Origin: Magnetococcales bacterium
GTDB lineage: Bacteria; Pseudomonadota; Magnetococcia; Magnetococcales; UBA8363
Length of the DNA stretch: 64,000 nt
Reading direction: 5' to 3'
Assembly (NCBI GenBank): GCA_015228975.1
Contig: JADGCN010000004.1
Location: 4,028 to 68,027, forward strand
Below the pieces are notes generated by a model, which ran no database searches, was not told where the DNA came from, and worked only from the letters and a program-made list of their open reading frames with translations. Positions 54,397 to 64,000 of the stretch are shown here, in pieces. Position numbers and translations under genes: made by a program. Position 1 is the stretch's first letter; every line of letters begins with the position of its first letter.

Positions 54397-55227
54397 ATGC
54401 ACCCCCTCCTCCAAACGCTTACCCTTGTAACCGTTTTTTTCGGAGTGACCACCGCTCCCCTGGAAGCCGCCTGGTACACCAAGGAGTTTTCCGCCCAAGT
54501 CAAATGGACCATCCCCACCCCCACCGAACCGGAAAAAATCGAGGGCCACGTTTATGTCGGCGATAAACGTCTGCGCATCGAAAATACTACCAAAGGTCAT
54601 ACTAGCGCTTTGATCTTCCTGGTGCAGGAAAAAAAGGCCTGGACCCTGGACCTGGCCGCTAAAAACTATCACGACGGCGTTGCCAGAATGGCCATGTTGC
54701 CCAAACCCGATACGGATATCCTGCCATCGGATCCCGATTCCCCATGCGCCAACAAGGAAAAAAGGGTGACCTGCGCCAAAACCGGTAGCGGAACACTGGA
54801 CGGCGTCGCCACGGAAGAGTGGACCATCACCATCGATCAGGATCAGCAAAAGGGGGAAATCAAACTATCGATCGACCCGGCCCGACACCTGGTCCTCAAA
54901 CAACAACCCGATGTGGGGCCGGTCCGCACCCGCACCTTCCTCGGCGATATGGAACATCAGGGACGTCCTACCGAAAAATGGATGGTCAATGAAGAATTCC
55001 AGGGGCAATCCACCGTGTTGGAACAATGGGTTGACAAGGAATTGCGTCTGATCGTTCGCGAGTCGGGCCAAGCCGGGGATGTGTTGCTGGATGTCAGTGC
55101 CATCAAAATCGCCCCGCAACCCGACTCCCTGTTTAAAATTCCCGACGGATTCAAACTGACACAACCCGTTATGGACCCGCACCCCCCCGGTGGACCGATT
55201 CCAGGTGGAGCTGGTCAACGCCAGTGA
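54397..55227 (+). CDS. Secreted protein, DUF4412-like beta-rich tandem domains
   Basis: Signal peptide; EFSAQ...RLRIE, GTLDGVATEEW / EHQGRPTEKW, PQPDSLFKIPDGF. Confidence 0.7.
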   Translation: MHPLLQTLTLVTVFFGVTTAPLEAAWYTKEFSAQVKWTIPTPTEPEKIEGHVYVGDKRLRIENTTKGHTSALIFLVQEKKAWTLDLAAKNYHDGVARMAMLPKPDTDILPSDPDSPCANKEKRVTCAKTGSGTLDGVATEEWTITIDQDQQKGEIKLSIDPARHLVLKQQPDVGPVRTRTFLGDMEHQGRPTEKWMVNEEFQGQSTVLEQWVDKELRLIVRESGQAGDVLLDVSAIKIAPQPDSLFKIPDGFKLTQPVMDPHPPGGPIPGGAGQRQ

Positions 55228-55273
55228 GTGCCACGTCAACGGGACGAACCACCTTCAACACAGGGGTCATCGC

Positions 55274-55624
55274 ATGCATATCAAGTGGACAAAAGCCGCG
55301 CATGGATTTCAGCAGGCGACTTATCCAAACAAAAAATATCGACTGACCGCCAATCTGATCCAGGAAATTCCCGTTGCGGACAAAATGGAGGAACACACCA
55401 TTCGCCTGGGTCGTGACGATGTGGAAGAACGGTCAGACGGCACGTTGAATTTTTTGTTTGGCAGTCATCTCGCTTTCTGGCCCGAGGTCACCAAAGCACT
55501 CGAAGAAATCAAAGCCTCCCCCGAAGAAGTTGCGGAACTTGTCGCGTCCATGGCGACAATCATCCCCCCACCTCCCAAGGATCAACCACGTCGATTCATT
55601 AATCGTGGCGTTCCAATCAAATAA
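55274..55624 (+). CDS. Hypothetical protein
   Basis: 116-aa ORF with AGGGG RBS, in an operon-like position. Confidence 0.6.
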   Translation: MHIKWTKAAHGFQQATYPNKKYRLTANLIQEIPVADKMEEHTIRLGRDDVEERSDGTLNFLFGSHLAFWPEVTKALEEIKASPEEVAELVASMATIIPPPPKDQPRRFINRGVPIK

Positions 55625-55628
55625 TGAT

Positions 55629-57413
55629 ATGGACGCAACCATAAAAAGTCGCATTCTGAAGGCTACCAACGCCAAAGAAATCATCAAAACAAAATGGATC
55701 CAAAACCTATGGGACAATTATGGCGAACTTCTCAGGATCCATCTTAAAGGTGGAGACATGGCAAGCGTCATATTGAAGCATATCAAACTTCCCTCAAAAC
55801 ATTCCCTCCTGAAAGATCCTGCCTCGGCATTTTCCAATAAAAGAAAGCTCAAATCCTATCAGGTCGAGGCTCATTGGTATGAACAGTACAATAAAATAAA
55901 TCTTAAAGATAACGGTTCGCCAACCGCGAGAAAGTTGGCGCGTTTTCAGGAAAAGGATGAGTTATTCCTGCTGTTGGAAGATTTGGATGCCCTAGGGTTC
56001 GGCAAACGTATTACCATCGCCGGTCTGCAAGAACTTAAAGTGGGATTATCCTGGCTGGCATGTTTTCACGCCAAATTCATGCAACATGGGCATCAGGGAT
56101 TGTGGAACAGTGGCTGCTATTGGCACCTGGAAACGCGACCTGATGAGCTGAAACGATTGCATGATGAGCCATTACGCCAAGCAGCGCCCCTTATTGATCA
56201 AAAGTTAAAAAACACCCGCTATCTCACGATTGTTCATGGGGACGCAAAACTGGCCAATTTTTGTTTCTCCAACGATGCCAGTCACGTCGCAGCCGTTGAC
56301 TTTCAATATGTTGGCAAAGGGTGCGGCATGAAGGATGTCGCCTACTTTGTGGGGAGCTGCCTGAGCGAAGATCGCTGTGAAAAAATGGAAGATATCGTTT
56401 TGGACTTCTATTTTTCCGAATTATTACACAATATAAGCGATCCAAAAATTGATAAACAGGAACTTGAAACCCAATGGCGTGCCTTGTATCCCGTGGCCTG
56501 GGCCGATTTCCACCGCTTCATCAAGGGGTGGAGTCCCGGATATTGGGGGAAAAACTCTTATAGTGAAAAAATAACCCAAAAAGTTACCGCGTCGATTATG
56601 CAGGAATTGCTTGCAACGGCAATCCAGGCCTGCGTCGAAGCCGGAAACATTGTAAAATCCCATTGGAAAAAAAAATTTGCGGTTTCTTCCAAGGAGGGTA
56701 CAACCCGGGCCACTTGTATCGTCACGGAAGTTGATCTGCTCAGTCAAGAAAAAATCACATCCCTTCTCGGGCCAACCATGGAAACTTACAACCTGGGCCT
56801 GCTCGCCGAGGAGGGACGTGACAATAACAGCCGATTGGAGAAAGATTTTTTTTGGAGTGTTGATCCCTTGGACGGAACACTCCCCTTCAGTGAAGGTCAA
56901 TCGGGCTTTGCGGTCACAATTGCCCTCGTCACCAAAACGGGTATTCCCATCATTGGCGTCGTCTATGATCCCATCACCGAGACCCTTTTTCACGCCGTTC
57001 ACAATCAGGGATGCTATCAAAATCATCAACCCTTGCAATTGATAAAAAATACTCCCAATAACGAACCCATCCACTTATTTGCCGACCAAAGTTTGCAACA
57101 AGATCCGGATTATCCAAGTTTTGAGAAAAAGTTTACGATTCATTTTGCCGGGGGTGCGGTCATGAACTCGATCAACGTGTTGTTACATCCCTGTGCATGT
57201 TATTTTAAATATCCCAAAGAAGAAACTGGGGGCTGTGCAATCTGGGACTTGGCAGCGGTTTCTCTTCTATTCAAAGAGGCCGGTGCCGTAATGACAAGCT
57301 TCAAGGGCGATGATTTATCATTCAACCGGGCTGATACTGTATACTTTAACAAAGAAGGGCTTTTCGCCTGTCGCGATGCCAGCCTGATTGAAAAAGTAAA
57401 AAAATTGATTTAG
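55629..57413 (+). CDS. Choline/aminoglycoside-kinase-like phosphotransferase fused to an inositol monophosphatase/CysQ domain
   Basis: HGDAKLANF and VDFQYVG (kinase); VTEVD, LAEE, VDPLDGT, WDLAA (IMPase). Confidence 0.85.
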   Translation: MDATIKSRILKATNAKEIIKTKWIQNLWDNYGELLRIHLKGGDMASVILKHIKLPSKHSLLKDPASAFSNKRKLKSYQVEAHWYEQYNKINLKDNGSPTARKLARFQEKDELFLLLEDLDALGFGKRITIAGLQELKVGLSWLACFHAKFMQHGHQGLWNSGCYWHLETRPDELKRLHDEPLRQAAPLIDQKLKNTRYLTIVHGDAKLANFCFSNDASHVAAVDFQYVGKGCGMKDVAYFVGSCLSEDRCEKMEDIVLDFYFSELLHNISDPKIDKQELETQWRALYPVAWADFHRFIKGWSPGYWGKNSYSEKITQKVTASIMQELLATAIQACVEAGNIVKSHWKKKFAVSSKEGTTRATCIVTEVDLLSQEKITSLLGPTMETYNLGLLAEEGRDNNSRLEKDFFWSVDPLDGTLPFSEGQSGFAVTIALVTKTGIPIIGVVYDPITETLFHAVHNQGCYQNHQPLQLIKNTPNNEPIHLFADQSLQQDPDYPSFEKKFTIHFAGGAVMNSINVLLHPCACYFKYPKEETGGCAIWDLAAVSLLFKEAGAVMTSFKGDDLSFNRADTVYFNKEGLFACRDASLIEKVKKLI

Positions 57414-57514
57414 TTTTCTACTCTTCTACAAAATAATCGATAATAATTACGGACAACAGGTATTCCTCGTTCCCTTGGAACCCAATGACATAAAACAGTT
57501 CAAGAGGAAACAGC

Positions 57515-57961
57515 ATGAACGCAATTATCAATTTGACGGAAGGAATCCCCTTTTTCTCCGGGTTCAGCAACGAAGAAATAGAACTGATGCTGGCCAACGG
57601 CAATTCTTTCGTGCGCTACAAGGATGGTGAAGTGATCATTGAGCAGGGAGATTTTGAAAATTCCGCTGTCTTTATCATCCTGTCAGGCTCGGCATCGGTA
57701 CGTAAAGAAGAATACCACGAACATATCATCGATTACATCGAGACGGGTTCCATCGTGGGGGAATCCGCCTTCCTGGTCAACGGGCGGAGCCGTATGGCCA
57801 GCGTCATCGCGGATGGCGTCGTGGAAACCTTCAAACTGGATCGCAGCATCATTGAACAATTCGACTGTCCACTGCAATTGAAAATCACCAAAAAACTGGT
57901 GGAAACCATCGTTGATCGCCTGGACAAAATGCACGGAGCCATGGCCGCCTTGATCGGGTAA
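57515..57961 (+). CDS. Stand-alone cNMP-binding domain protein
   Basis: IIEQG, FIILSG, GSIVGESAFL, RMASVIA; paralog of 4893..5390. Confidence 0.85.
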   Translation: MNAIINLTEGIPFFSGFSNEEIELMLANGNSFVRYKDGEVIIEQGDFENSAVFIILSGSASVRKEEYHEHIIDYIETGSIVGESAFLVNGRSRMASVIADGVVETFKLDRSIIEQFDCPLQLKITKKLVETIVDRLDKMHGAMAALIG

Positions 57962-58184
57962 GGAAGCGGATCACCATGACCTGACTGTATTTGGTCAACA
58001 CCTCATCCAGGGGAATAGCCTTCATTGCCCTCTGGGGACTTCCTGATCACGTTGGGCCAGCCACACGCATTGAGGGCTTTTCCACTGCCTGCTGAGCGTG
58101 CAAGCCAAAAATTTCATCCGAAAAAAGTTCGGCATCGCACATGTTGACGATGGCTTGCAGATCGCGTTGGGCAGCTTCACTCTT

Positions 58185-58577
58185 TCACGCAGCCTCGAAT
58201 GGGTTGATCAACGTCAGTCCATCCACATTTCTGAAGTCATCAATGTTGCGTGTCATAAGCGGCAAACCATGAGTCAGGGCGGTTGCCGCGATGATGGCAT
58301 CCCCCAGATGAATGACGGAACGGCTCCGCAGCTCAATGGTGGCAGCTACCACACGTCGTTCCAGGGGACATTCATCCAGGCATTCCAGCAGTTTTGTCGC
58401 GCTCTGTCGGCTCTGTTCGGTATGCTTGCACCAGCCCAACAACTCAATGACCGTCACCACCGACACAGCGGATCCCTGAGAAAATGCGGCCAGGAATCGT
58501 TCTCTGAACTGGGCATCTGGATAGTCGTTCAGAAAGTCGATCAAAACGTTGGTGTCCATGAGACAAGGAACACTCAT
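58185..58577 (-). CDS. vapC: VapC PIN-domain toxin
   Basis: MDTNVLID, SVVTVIEL, DAIIAATA, LMTRNIDDF. Confidence 0.92.
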   Translation of the reverse strand: MSVPCLMDTNVLIDFLNDYPDAQFRERFLAAFSQGSAVSVVTVIELLGWCKHTEQSRQSATKLLECLDECPLERRVVAATIELRSRSVIHLGDAIIAATALTHGLPLMTRNIDDFRNVDGLTLINPFEAA

Positions 58578-58834
58578 AATATCCGATCCCATTCATTCCG
58601 CATGTCGGCAAACTCTTTCGCCAATTCTTTCTGGTCCATTTTTGGAAAACTATCCTGTGCCGCCAGTGCTTTTTCCTTCAACTCTTCTGGGGACATGCAG
58701 TCAATCTGCTCCCGCAGTGTTCTCCTAGGGATGGCAGCCTGTTTCTTGACGGCTTCAATGAATTCCAGCACTTGATAGGCTTGTTCTTCCGGCATCCGTT
58801 TGATTTCGGCATAAATGCGTTCGGCGGTATTCAT
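58574..58834 (-). CDS. Putative antitoxin (DUF2281-like)
   Basis: IYAEIKRMPEEQAYQVLEFIE; 4-nt overlap with vapC; ends MRNEWDR. Confidence 0.75.
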   Translation of the reverse strand: MNTAERIYAEIKRMPEEQAYQVLEFIEAVKKQAAIPRRTLREQIDCMSPEELKEKALAAQDSFPKMDQKELAKEFADMRNEWDRIL

Positions 58835-58846
58835 AGGCGGCCCCTT

Positions 58847-58960
58847 TCACCCAATCATCTGTTTGAGTTCCTGTAAATTCTGCATGATTTCTTTTTCCAG
58901 GTCCATCATACGCTGCAAAATCTCGCCGGGGGGATCACATTTTTCCTCGCCGTGTAATTC
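58847..58960 (-). pseudogene. Remnant resembling the C-terminus of a type I R-M HsdM
   Basis: Reads EEKCDPPGEILQRMMDLEKEIMQNLQELKQMIG*; no N-terminal part upstream. Confidence 0.5.
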
Positions 58961-59044
58961 AGGCCGGACTGTTACTGTGCAGCCTGGACACCCTGCACGA
59001 AAAAGTTGACAACAAGGCGATGATCCATTAGCGTGGGCTACGTT

Positions 59045-59207
59045 TGTTGCAACCAGGTATCATCAAGGAACACGGTGCAATTCCGTGACGGACCCGCCGC
59101 TGTAACCGGGGACACCTGTCGCAAGGCTTTGGCCAGTCACTCTCTACGCTTTATCGGGGGGAAGACGCGACAAGGTGGTCGATCCGGGAGTCAGAAGACC
59201 TGCTTGG
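59045..59207 (+). promoter_or_regulatory. Cobalamin (B12) riboswitch
   Basis: AGGAACACGGTGCAATTCCGTGACGGACCCGCCGCTGTAA, GGGAAGAC and B12-box GAGTCAGAAGACCTGC. Confidence 0.92.
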
Positions 59208-59232
59208 CTGCCATGTTACGGAATCTATTGGT

Positions 59233-59284
59233 AAAGGATTCCAGATGAGGGCGCGTGCGCCCCTGTCTGGGATCCTTTTTTTTT
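59233..59284 (+). terminator. Intrinsic terminator forming the riboswitch expression platform
   Basis: GGATTCCAGA...TCTGGGATCC hairpin followed by T9, between the aptamer and the first ORF. Confidence 0.85.
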
Positions 59285-59321
59285 GTCCATCGTTTCACCA
59301 ACCTTTACCCGGAGAACATCA

Positions 59322-59483
59322 ATGAATCCAAACCAGACACCAACCCAACAAACCTCGATGCAACAACACCCCACGACTCCCCCTGGACGCATCGTCGACG
59401 AAGTCATCGCCCAACGCAAAAGCTGCTCCGCCGATGGCATTGGCTTGTCCCACTACATCCTGATGGATCGGAAAGATAAATGA
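59322..59483 (+). CDS. cbpA: Modified-peptide precursor, CbpA-like (53 aa)
   Basis: GGAG RBS; C-terminal VIAQRKSCSADGIGLSHYILMD resembles the CbpA family as recalled; ATGA-coupled to the rSAM gene. Confidence 0.8.
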   Translation: MNPNQTPTQQTSMQQHPTTPPGRIVDEVIAQRKSCSADGIGLSHYILMDRKDK

Positions 59484-60898
59484 TTACCAACGCAATAGGA
59501 ACCGCGACGCCGTTTGTCAATACGGGTGCTGGTCCCCTCCTGATTCCCCTGGAGATCAACCACCCATCCCACCTGGCCGTGGTGGATCCCGATACGGCTT
59601 TTTGGGCCATCGTACGTAAAGATCGCCTGGCCGATCTCATTGCTGGCAGCAATGTGGTCGAAACGTACCGGCAACGGATGGATATCTGCGCCAGTGAAAT
59701 GCAGGGGCTGCGTTTTGGATTAAAACCATCGGCCGTCTATTTCAATGCCACCGACCGCTGCAATCTTGACTGTTCCTATTGTTATATTCCCCGTGACATG
59801 CGTCGCAGCGGGGAACAAATGTCCGAAGCCCGCCTGCTGGAATCCCTGGCACTCCTGCGGGACTATTTCGCCAGTCACATGCCGGCCCACCGACGTCCGA
59901 GAATCATCTTCCACGGTGCGGAACCTTTGCTTAACTTTAAAGCAATCCGGGCGGGAATTCTCGCCTTTGAAAAACAATTTTTGTTCGGCGTGCAAACCAA
60001 TGCCACCCTGCTCGACGATGCCACCCTGCAATTCCTGACCGATCACCAGGTCAGTATCGGCTTATCATTGGATGGACCGACCGCCGAAATCACCAATCGC
60101 ACCCGAAAAGGGTGGCATGGTCCCGGGGATGTCCATGAATCGGTGATCCGCGCCATGGAAAAATTGCGCGGTTATCCCGGATATAGCGTCATCGTCACCA
60201 TTACCCGCGAAAACGTTGCCCAGTTGACACCCCTGATCACATTGCTGCACAGCCATGGCGTACCGGGCTGTCTTCTGAACGCCACCCGTTGCACCCTCCC
60301 CGGGGCTCGGGAGGTTAGAGTCGCGGATGAGGCCTTGGCTGACCCTTTCATCCGCGCCCTGGAATACAATGATGAACTGTTCAAAAAAACTGGACACAAA
60401 ATGGTGGTGGCCAATTTTGCCAATATTCTCCTCGCCATTCTCGCCCCCACGGCACGGCGCCTGATGTGTGACATCTCCCCCTGCGGTGGGGGGCGCGCCT
60501 TCTTTGCCCTGGCCGCCAACGGGGATCTGTTCCCTTGCAGCGAATTCATCGGCCTGGACTCCTTCCGGGGCGGCAATCTTTTTCAAGATGGCGTGGAAGC
60601 CGCCTTGCTCAGTTCCGCCTTTGCCGCTGTGACCCGTCGCGATGTCGATCATATCAACCCGTGCAGTCGTTGCGCCATTCGCCACTATTGCGGATCACCC
60701 TGTCCCGCCGAAGCTCACGAAATGAATGGTGGCATGGACCAGATCGGCGCTTTTTGTCACTTCTACGAAGAACAAGTGCGCTTTGCCTTCCGCCTGATCG
60801 CCGATGGCAGGGCCAATGATTTCCTCTGGGATCATTGGGACAGTGCCGATGGTATGGAAACAATCTTCGACCTATCCGGTGCCGTAACCGCCACATGA
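59480..60898 (+). CDS. cbpB: Peptide-modifying radical SAM/SPASM enzyme, CbpB-like
   Basis: CNLDCSYC; FHGAEP; SPASM Cys set CDISPCGGG...CSEF...CSRCAIRHYCGSPCP...C. Confidence 0.88.
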   Translation: MITNAIGTATPFVNTGAGPLLIPLEINHPSHLAVVDPDTAFWAIVRKDRLADLIAGSNVVETYRQRMDICASEMQGLRFGLKPSAVYFNATDRCNLDCSYCYIPRDMRRSGEQMSEARLLESLALLRDYFASHMPAHRRPRIIFHGAEPLLNFKAIRAGILAFEKQFLFGVQTNATLLDDATLQFLTDHQVSIGLSLDGPTAEITNRTRKGWHGPGDVHESVIRAMEKLRGYPGYSVIVTITRENVAQLTPLITLLHSHGVPGCLLNATRCTLPGAREVRVADEALADPFIRALEYNDELFKKTGHKMVVANFANILLAILAPTARRLMCDISPCGGGRAFFALAANGDLFPCSEFIGLDSFRGGNLFQDGVEAALLSSAFAAVTRRDVDHINPCSRCAIRHYCGSPCPAEAHEMNGGMDQIGAFCHFYEEQVRFAFRLIADGRANDFLWDHWDSADGMETIFDLSGAVTAT

Positions 60899-61089
60899 TG
60901 CGGGTGTGATCCATACCCGGTACTATCGATATCGCGCCAGTCCCCCCAGTCGCCCCTGGATTCCAGGCTGGAAACCTGACGCAAGAAAAATGTCTCGCCT
61001 TCGGGTACTCAAGGTGGTAAACAGGGTATGGGTAACCGTATCATGAACCGGCTCCATACCCGGCCACCTACCGTGACGAGAAACACCCC

Positions 61090-62064
61090 ATGGCAGTCGA
61101 TGACACCCTGATCAAACTGGTATTCAACTTTTGGACAGGACTGGCCATTGTCATCCTGGTCGTCCTGAAAAATGGTCTGCAATTCGTCCCGCAAAACCGC
61201 GCCCTGGTGGTCGAACGCTTCGGTAAATATCATACGACGCTCACCGCCGGTATCAACTTCATCATGCCGTTCATCGATAAGGTCGCCTACAACCAAACCT
61301 TGAAGGAAATGGCAGTCGATGTCCCCGGCCAGTCGGCCATCACCAAAGATAACATCGCCCTGGAAGTCGATGGTATCCTCTATACCAAAATCATCGATCC
61401 CTACAAAGCTTCCTACGGCATCGAAAATTTTGCCTTTGCCGTCACGCAACTGGCGCAAACGACCATGCGTTCCGAAATCGGTAAACTGGAATTGGACAAA
61501 ACCTTTGAAGAACGGGTAACCTTGAATTCGGCCATCGTCAGTGCCATCAACGAGGCCGCCAGCCCCTGGGGGATTCAGGTCTTGCGTTTTGAAATCAAAG
61601 ATATCAAACCACCCAAGACCGTTCTGGAAGCCATGGAACGCCAGATGAAGGCGGAACGGGAAAAACGGGCCGCAGTCTTGGAATCGGAAGGATTGCGCGA
61701 GGCGGCCATCAACAAAGCCGAAGGGGAAAAACGCTCCAAAGTATTGGCCGCGGAAGCGGATCGATCCCAGGCCATCCTCCGGGCCGAAGGGGAAGCCCTG
61801 GCCATCACCACCGTGGCCGATGCCAAAGCCCGCGCCCTGCAAACCATAGGAGACTCCGCCGCCTCCCCGGAAGGGCAAATAGCGGTTCAATTCGACTTGG
61901 CCAGCCATGCCATTCAGGCCAAAGAAGCCATCGCCAGACACAGTTCGGTCGTCCTCATGGACGCCAACAGCACCTCGACCGCCCATACCGTCGCCGAAGC
62001 CATGGCCATTCTTGCCGCCATCAACCAAAGCGGCGTCCTCAACCCAAAATCCAGCGCTACCTGA
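61090..62064 (+). CDS. SPFH/band-7 (QmcA/paraslipin-like) protein
   Basis: VVERFGKY, ITKDN, QLAQTTMRSEIG, WGIQVLRFEIKDI, AEREKRA. Confidence 0.93.
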   Translation: MAVDDTLIKLVFNFWTGLAIVILVVLKNGLQFVPQNRALVVERFGKYHTTLTAGINFIMPFIDKVAYNQTLKEMAVDVPGQSAITKDNIALEVDGILYTKIIDPYKASYGIENFAFAVTQLAQTTMRSEIGKLELDKTFEERVTLNSAIVSAINEAASPWGIQVLRFEIKDIKPPKTVLEAMERQMKAEREKRAAVLESEGLREAAINKAEGEKRSKVLAAEADRSQAILRAEGEALAITTVADAKARALQTIGDSAASPEGQIAVQFDLASHAIQAKEAIARHSSVVLMDANSTSTAHTVAEAMAILAAINQSGVLNPKSSAT

Positions 62065-62088
62065 CGGGTATTTCGATACGGAGCCTCC

Positions 62089-62583
62089 ATGGAGTTACAA
62101 TCCATCATCCATTACCTCGACAGCCATCGCGATGCCCTGTGGTTTTCCATCGGCTTCGGACTCCTGGCCCTGGAGGCCGGCGTGTTCGGTTTTTCCAGCG
62201 GCATGCTGCTCTTTACCGGATTGGCAGCCCTTGTCACCGGACTCCTGATCACCTTGGGTATCCTCTCTGGTGCCCCCACCCCCGCCATCGCCCTCTTTGC
62301 CGTGACCTCGCTGGTTCTGGCCGCACTCTTTTGGAAATGGTTCCGCCGCCTTCATCACGGTCCCGCCCGTCCCCAGGCGCCGGTCAGCGATTTCGTGGGT
62401 CTCCGATTCACCCTCAAGCAGGATGTCAGTCTGTTGGAAAATGGTGTGGAGCGCTACTCGGGCATCGATTGGCGCGTCCTGCCCGACCCATCCGTGGGTT
62501 CGCGTATCCTGCCCCGTGGCACTCAGGTGGAAGTCTCCGCCCTGGATGCTGGAATCCTTTACGTGCGACCCCTGGTTCCTTAA
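62089..62583 (+). CDS. NfeD-like membrane protein
   Basis: Three TMs (LLALEAG...), C-terminal OB-like YSGIDWRV...VEV; adjacent to SPFH. Confidence 0.85.
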   Translation: MELQSIIHYLDSHRDALWFSIGFGLLALEAGVFGFSSGMLLFTGLAALVTGLLITLGILSGAPTPAIALFAVTSLVLAALFWKWFRRLHHGPARPQAPVSDFVGLRFTLKQDVSLLENGVERYSGIDWRVLPDPSVGSRILPRGTQVEVSALDAGILYVRPLVP

Positions 62584-62639
62584 GAAGCCGTATTGACTCT
62601 CTCCAAACTCCTGTGCATCACGCCAAGGATGGTACCCGC

Positions 62640-63467
62640 ATGCTCTCCTACCAACACGATTATCATGCCGGTGGACCAGCCGACGTACACAAACACGGAT
62701 CCCTCGCGGTTGTTTTAACGCACATGACCGCCAAAAACAAACCCATGAGCTATCTTGAAAGCCATGCGGGTGCTGGATTGTACGACCTGCAATCACCCAT
62801 GGCGGAAAAAACCGGTGAAGCCCGACAAGGTATCGAACGTTGGCTCGCCTTGGACGGACCGTTGCCCGATCATCCCTACCGCCGCGTGGTCACGGAAACA
62901 CGCAACCGCTTTGGCCCCCACCATTATCCCGGATCACCCTGGATAGCCCGCCTGTTGTTGCGTGCCACCGATTCCATGCACCTGATGGAACTGCACCCCG
63001 GCACCCAGCCCCGTCTGAAAGGTGTCATGCGTGATGACAACAGGATTCACATCCACCATCGCGACAGTTACGAGGGGCTGATGGCCATCCTCCCACCCAA
63101 TCCCAGGCGATCCTTGATCGTCATCGATCCCAGCTATGAAGTGAAAACGGAGTTCCAAAAGGCGGGACAATTGGTGCTGGACAGCCATCGCAAATGTCCG
63201 GAGGCGGTCATCATGCTGTGGTACCCCCTGCTGCGGGATCATTGGCATCACCCCATGTGCCGCCGGCTGGAGCAGGCCAATCTCCCCAAATGGGCGCGCC
63301 GTGAAGTGTTGCTGGCCTCACCCTCCGGCCCCAAGCGCCTGTATGGCAGCGGATTGATGTTTGTCAACCTGCCCCATGGGATCGAAACATCCCTTGACCA
63401 AACGGATCACTGGGTTCCACGGGTGCATCCAGGAGAAACCCCCACCAACTCATCCCATTCCAGTTAG
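62640..63467 (+). CDS. rlmJ: 23S rRNA m6A2030 methyltransferase
   Basis: MLSYQHDYHAG..ADVHKH, HAGAGLYDL, YPGSP, IDPSYE, WYP. Confidence 0.95.
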   Translation: MLSYQHDYHAGGPADVHKHGSLAVVLTHMTAKNKPMSYLESHAGAGLYDLQSPMAEKTGEARQGIERWLALDGPLPDHPYRRVVTETRNRFGPHHYPGSPWIARLLLRATDSMHLMELHPGTQPRLKGVMRDDNRIHIHHRDSYEGLMAILPPNPRRSLIVIDPSYEVKTEFQKAGQLVLDSHRKCPEAVIMLWYPLLRDHWHHPMCRRLEQANLPKWARREVLLASPSGPKRLYGSGLMFVNLPHGIETSLDQTDHWVPRVHPGETPTNSSHSS

Positions 63468-63495
63468 CCCGGTCGGCTGGGGATACGCCGGCAAC

Positions 63496-63771
63496 TCATT
63501 TCTTGTTATTGATCGTATCCGTAGCCACCCCACATATGGCATCCGCCTTCGCGGGATCATTCTCCAGCTTGGAGCGACACGCTTCCACGGAAGCCGCGGA
63601 TTGCGTCGCTATGACCGAAGTGGCTTCCGTGGCCACCGCCGTTACCGTGCCAAATCTCGGCAGGGCCATGGCTGCCAGTATTCCAATCACCACGATGACC
63701 ACGATCAATTCGACCAGGGTGAATCCCCCTTGATGTTTCTTGCATCTCTGACTTGTTCTGTTAGCACGCAT
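63496..63771 (-). CDS. Short type IV pilin (~75 aa mature)
   Basis: GGFTLVELIVVIVVIGILAAMALPRF; C-terminal Cys pair. Confidence 0.88.
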   Translation of the reverse strand: MRANRTSQRCKKHQGGFTLVELIVVIVVIGILAAMALPRFGTVTAVATEATSVIATQSAASVEACRSKLENDPAKADAICGVATDTINNKK

Positions 63772-63867
63772 GTGCGAGACGCCTATAGGTTGGCAAGGAA
63801 AACTTATCATTATAAATGAACAATCATAAATAGAAACATACAATAATTCAACGATCAACCATCCGAC

Positions 63868-64000
63868 CTACTTATTGTTGATGGTGTTACCGGTCGCGGC
63901 ACCGCAAACTTCATCAGCTTTAGCAGTATTGGTGCCAAAGCGACCCCGGCATTCACTGGCTGTGTTCTTCGCATTGATCGACATAGTGCCAGTGGCGCTT
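63868..64000 (-). CDS. 3' part of a paralogous short pilin, cut by the window edge
   Basis: ...ASECRGRFGTNTAKADEVCGAATGNTINNK* aligns with ACRSKLENDPAKADAICGVATDTINNKK. Confidence 0.75.
   Translation of the reverse strand, partial: SATGTMSINAKNTASECRGRFGTNTAKADEVCGAATGNTINNK

Noticed and set aside
62139..62639. N-terminal extension of the 442-aa ORF ending in rlmJ
   Set aside because: Overlaps nfeD in another frame; RlmJ homology starts at ATG 62640
1..64000. CRISPR arrays, tRNA/rRNA genes, transposases, integrases, magnetosome genes
   Set aside because: None recognised by eye; the only repeats found are those listed

Overview
Bacterial chromosomal window, mostly housekeeping and signalling genes; gene style suggests a Magnetococcales-like proteobacterium (inference only). 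Metabolism and housekeeping: yciO-type Sua5 gene, ilvD, cobB, ppnP, nth, gmd, hpf, oadA, hisG, gph, hpt, metW, metX, ihfA, rlmJ. Signalling: GGDEF, GAF-GAF-PAS adenylate cyclase, MCP, two hybrid kinases with a CheB-CheR fusion, two cNMP-binding proteins. Also a lexA-umuD-umuC cassette with a visible operator, two type IV/MSHA-like pilin groups, a flagellin, an SNF2 helicase, a YhaO/YhaN-like pair and a VapBC-like pair. Two systems stand out. (1) An AbiF/Abi_2 HEPN gene preceded by a promoter, a ~50-nt stem-loop RNA and an RBS-occluding hairpin, all inside a 1.5-kb islet bounded by 115-bp direct repeats; this is a candidate RNA-antitoxin (type III-like) defence system. (2) A cobalamin riboswitch and attenuator controlling a small precursor peptide plus a radical SAM/SPASM maturase (CbpA/CbpB-like RiPP). 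Also noted: a DnaA-box cluster next to a candidate structured RNA, a 36-aa-repeat coiled-coil protein beside the cyclase, and a kinase-inositol monophosphatase fusion. All calls come from reading motifs by eye; no database searches were run.
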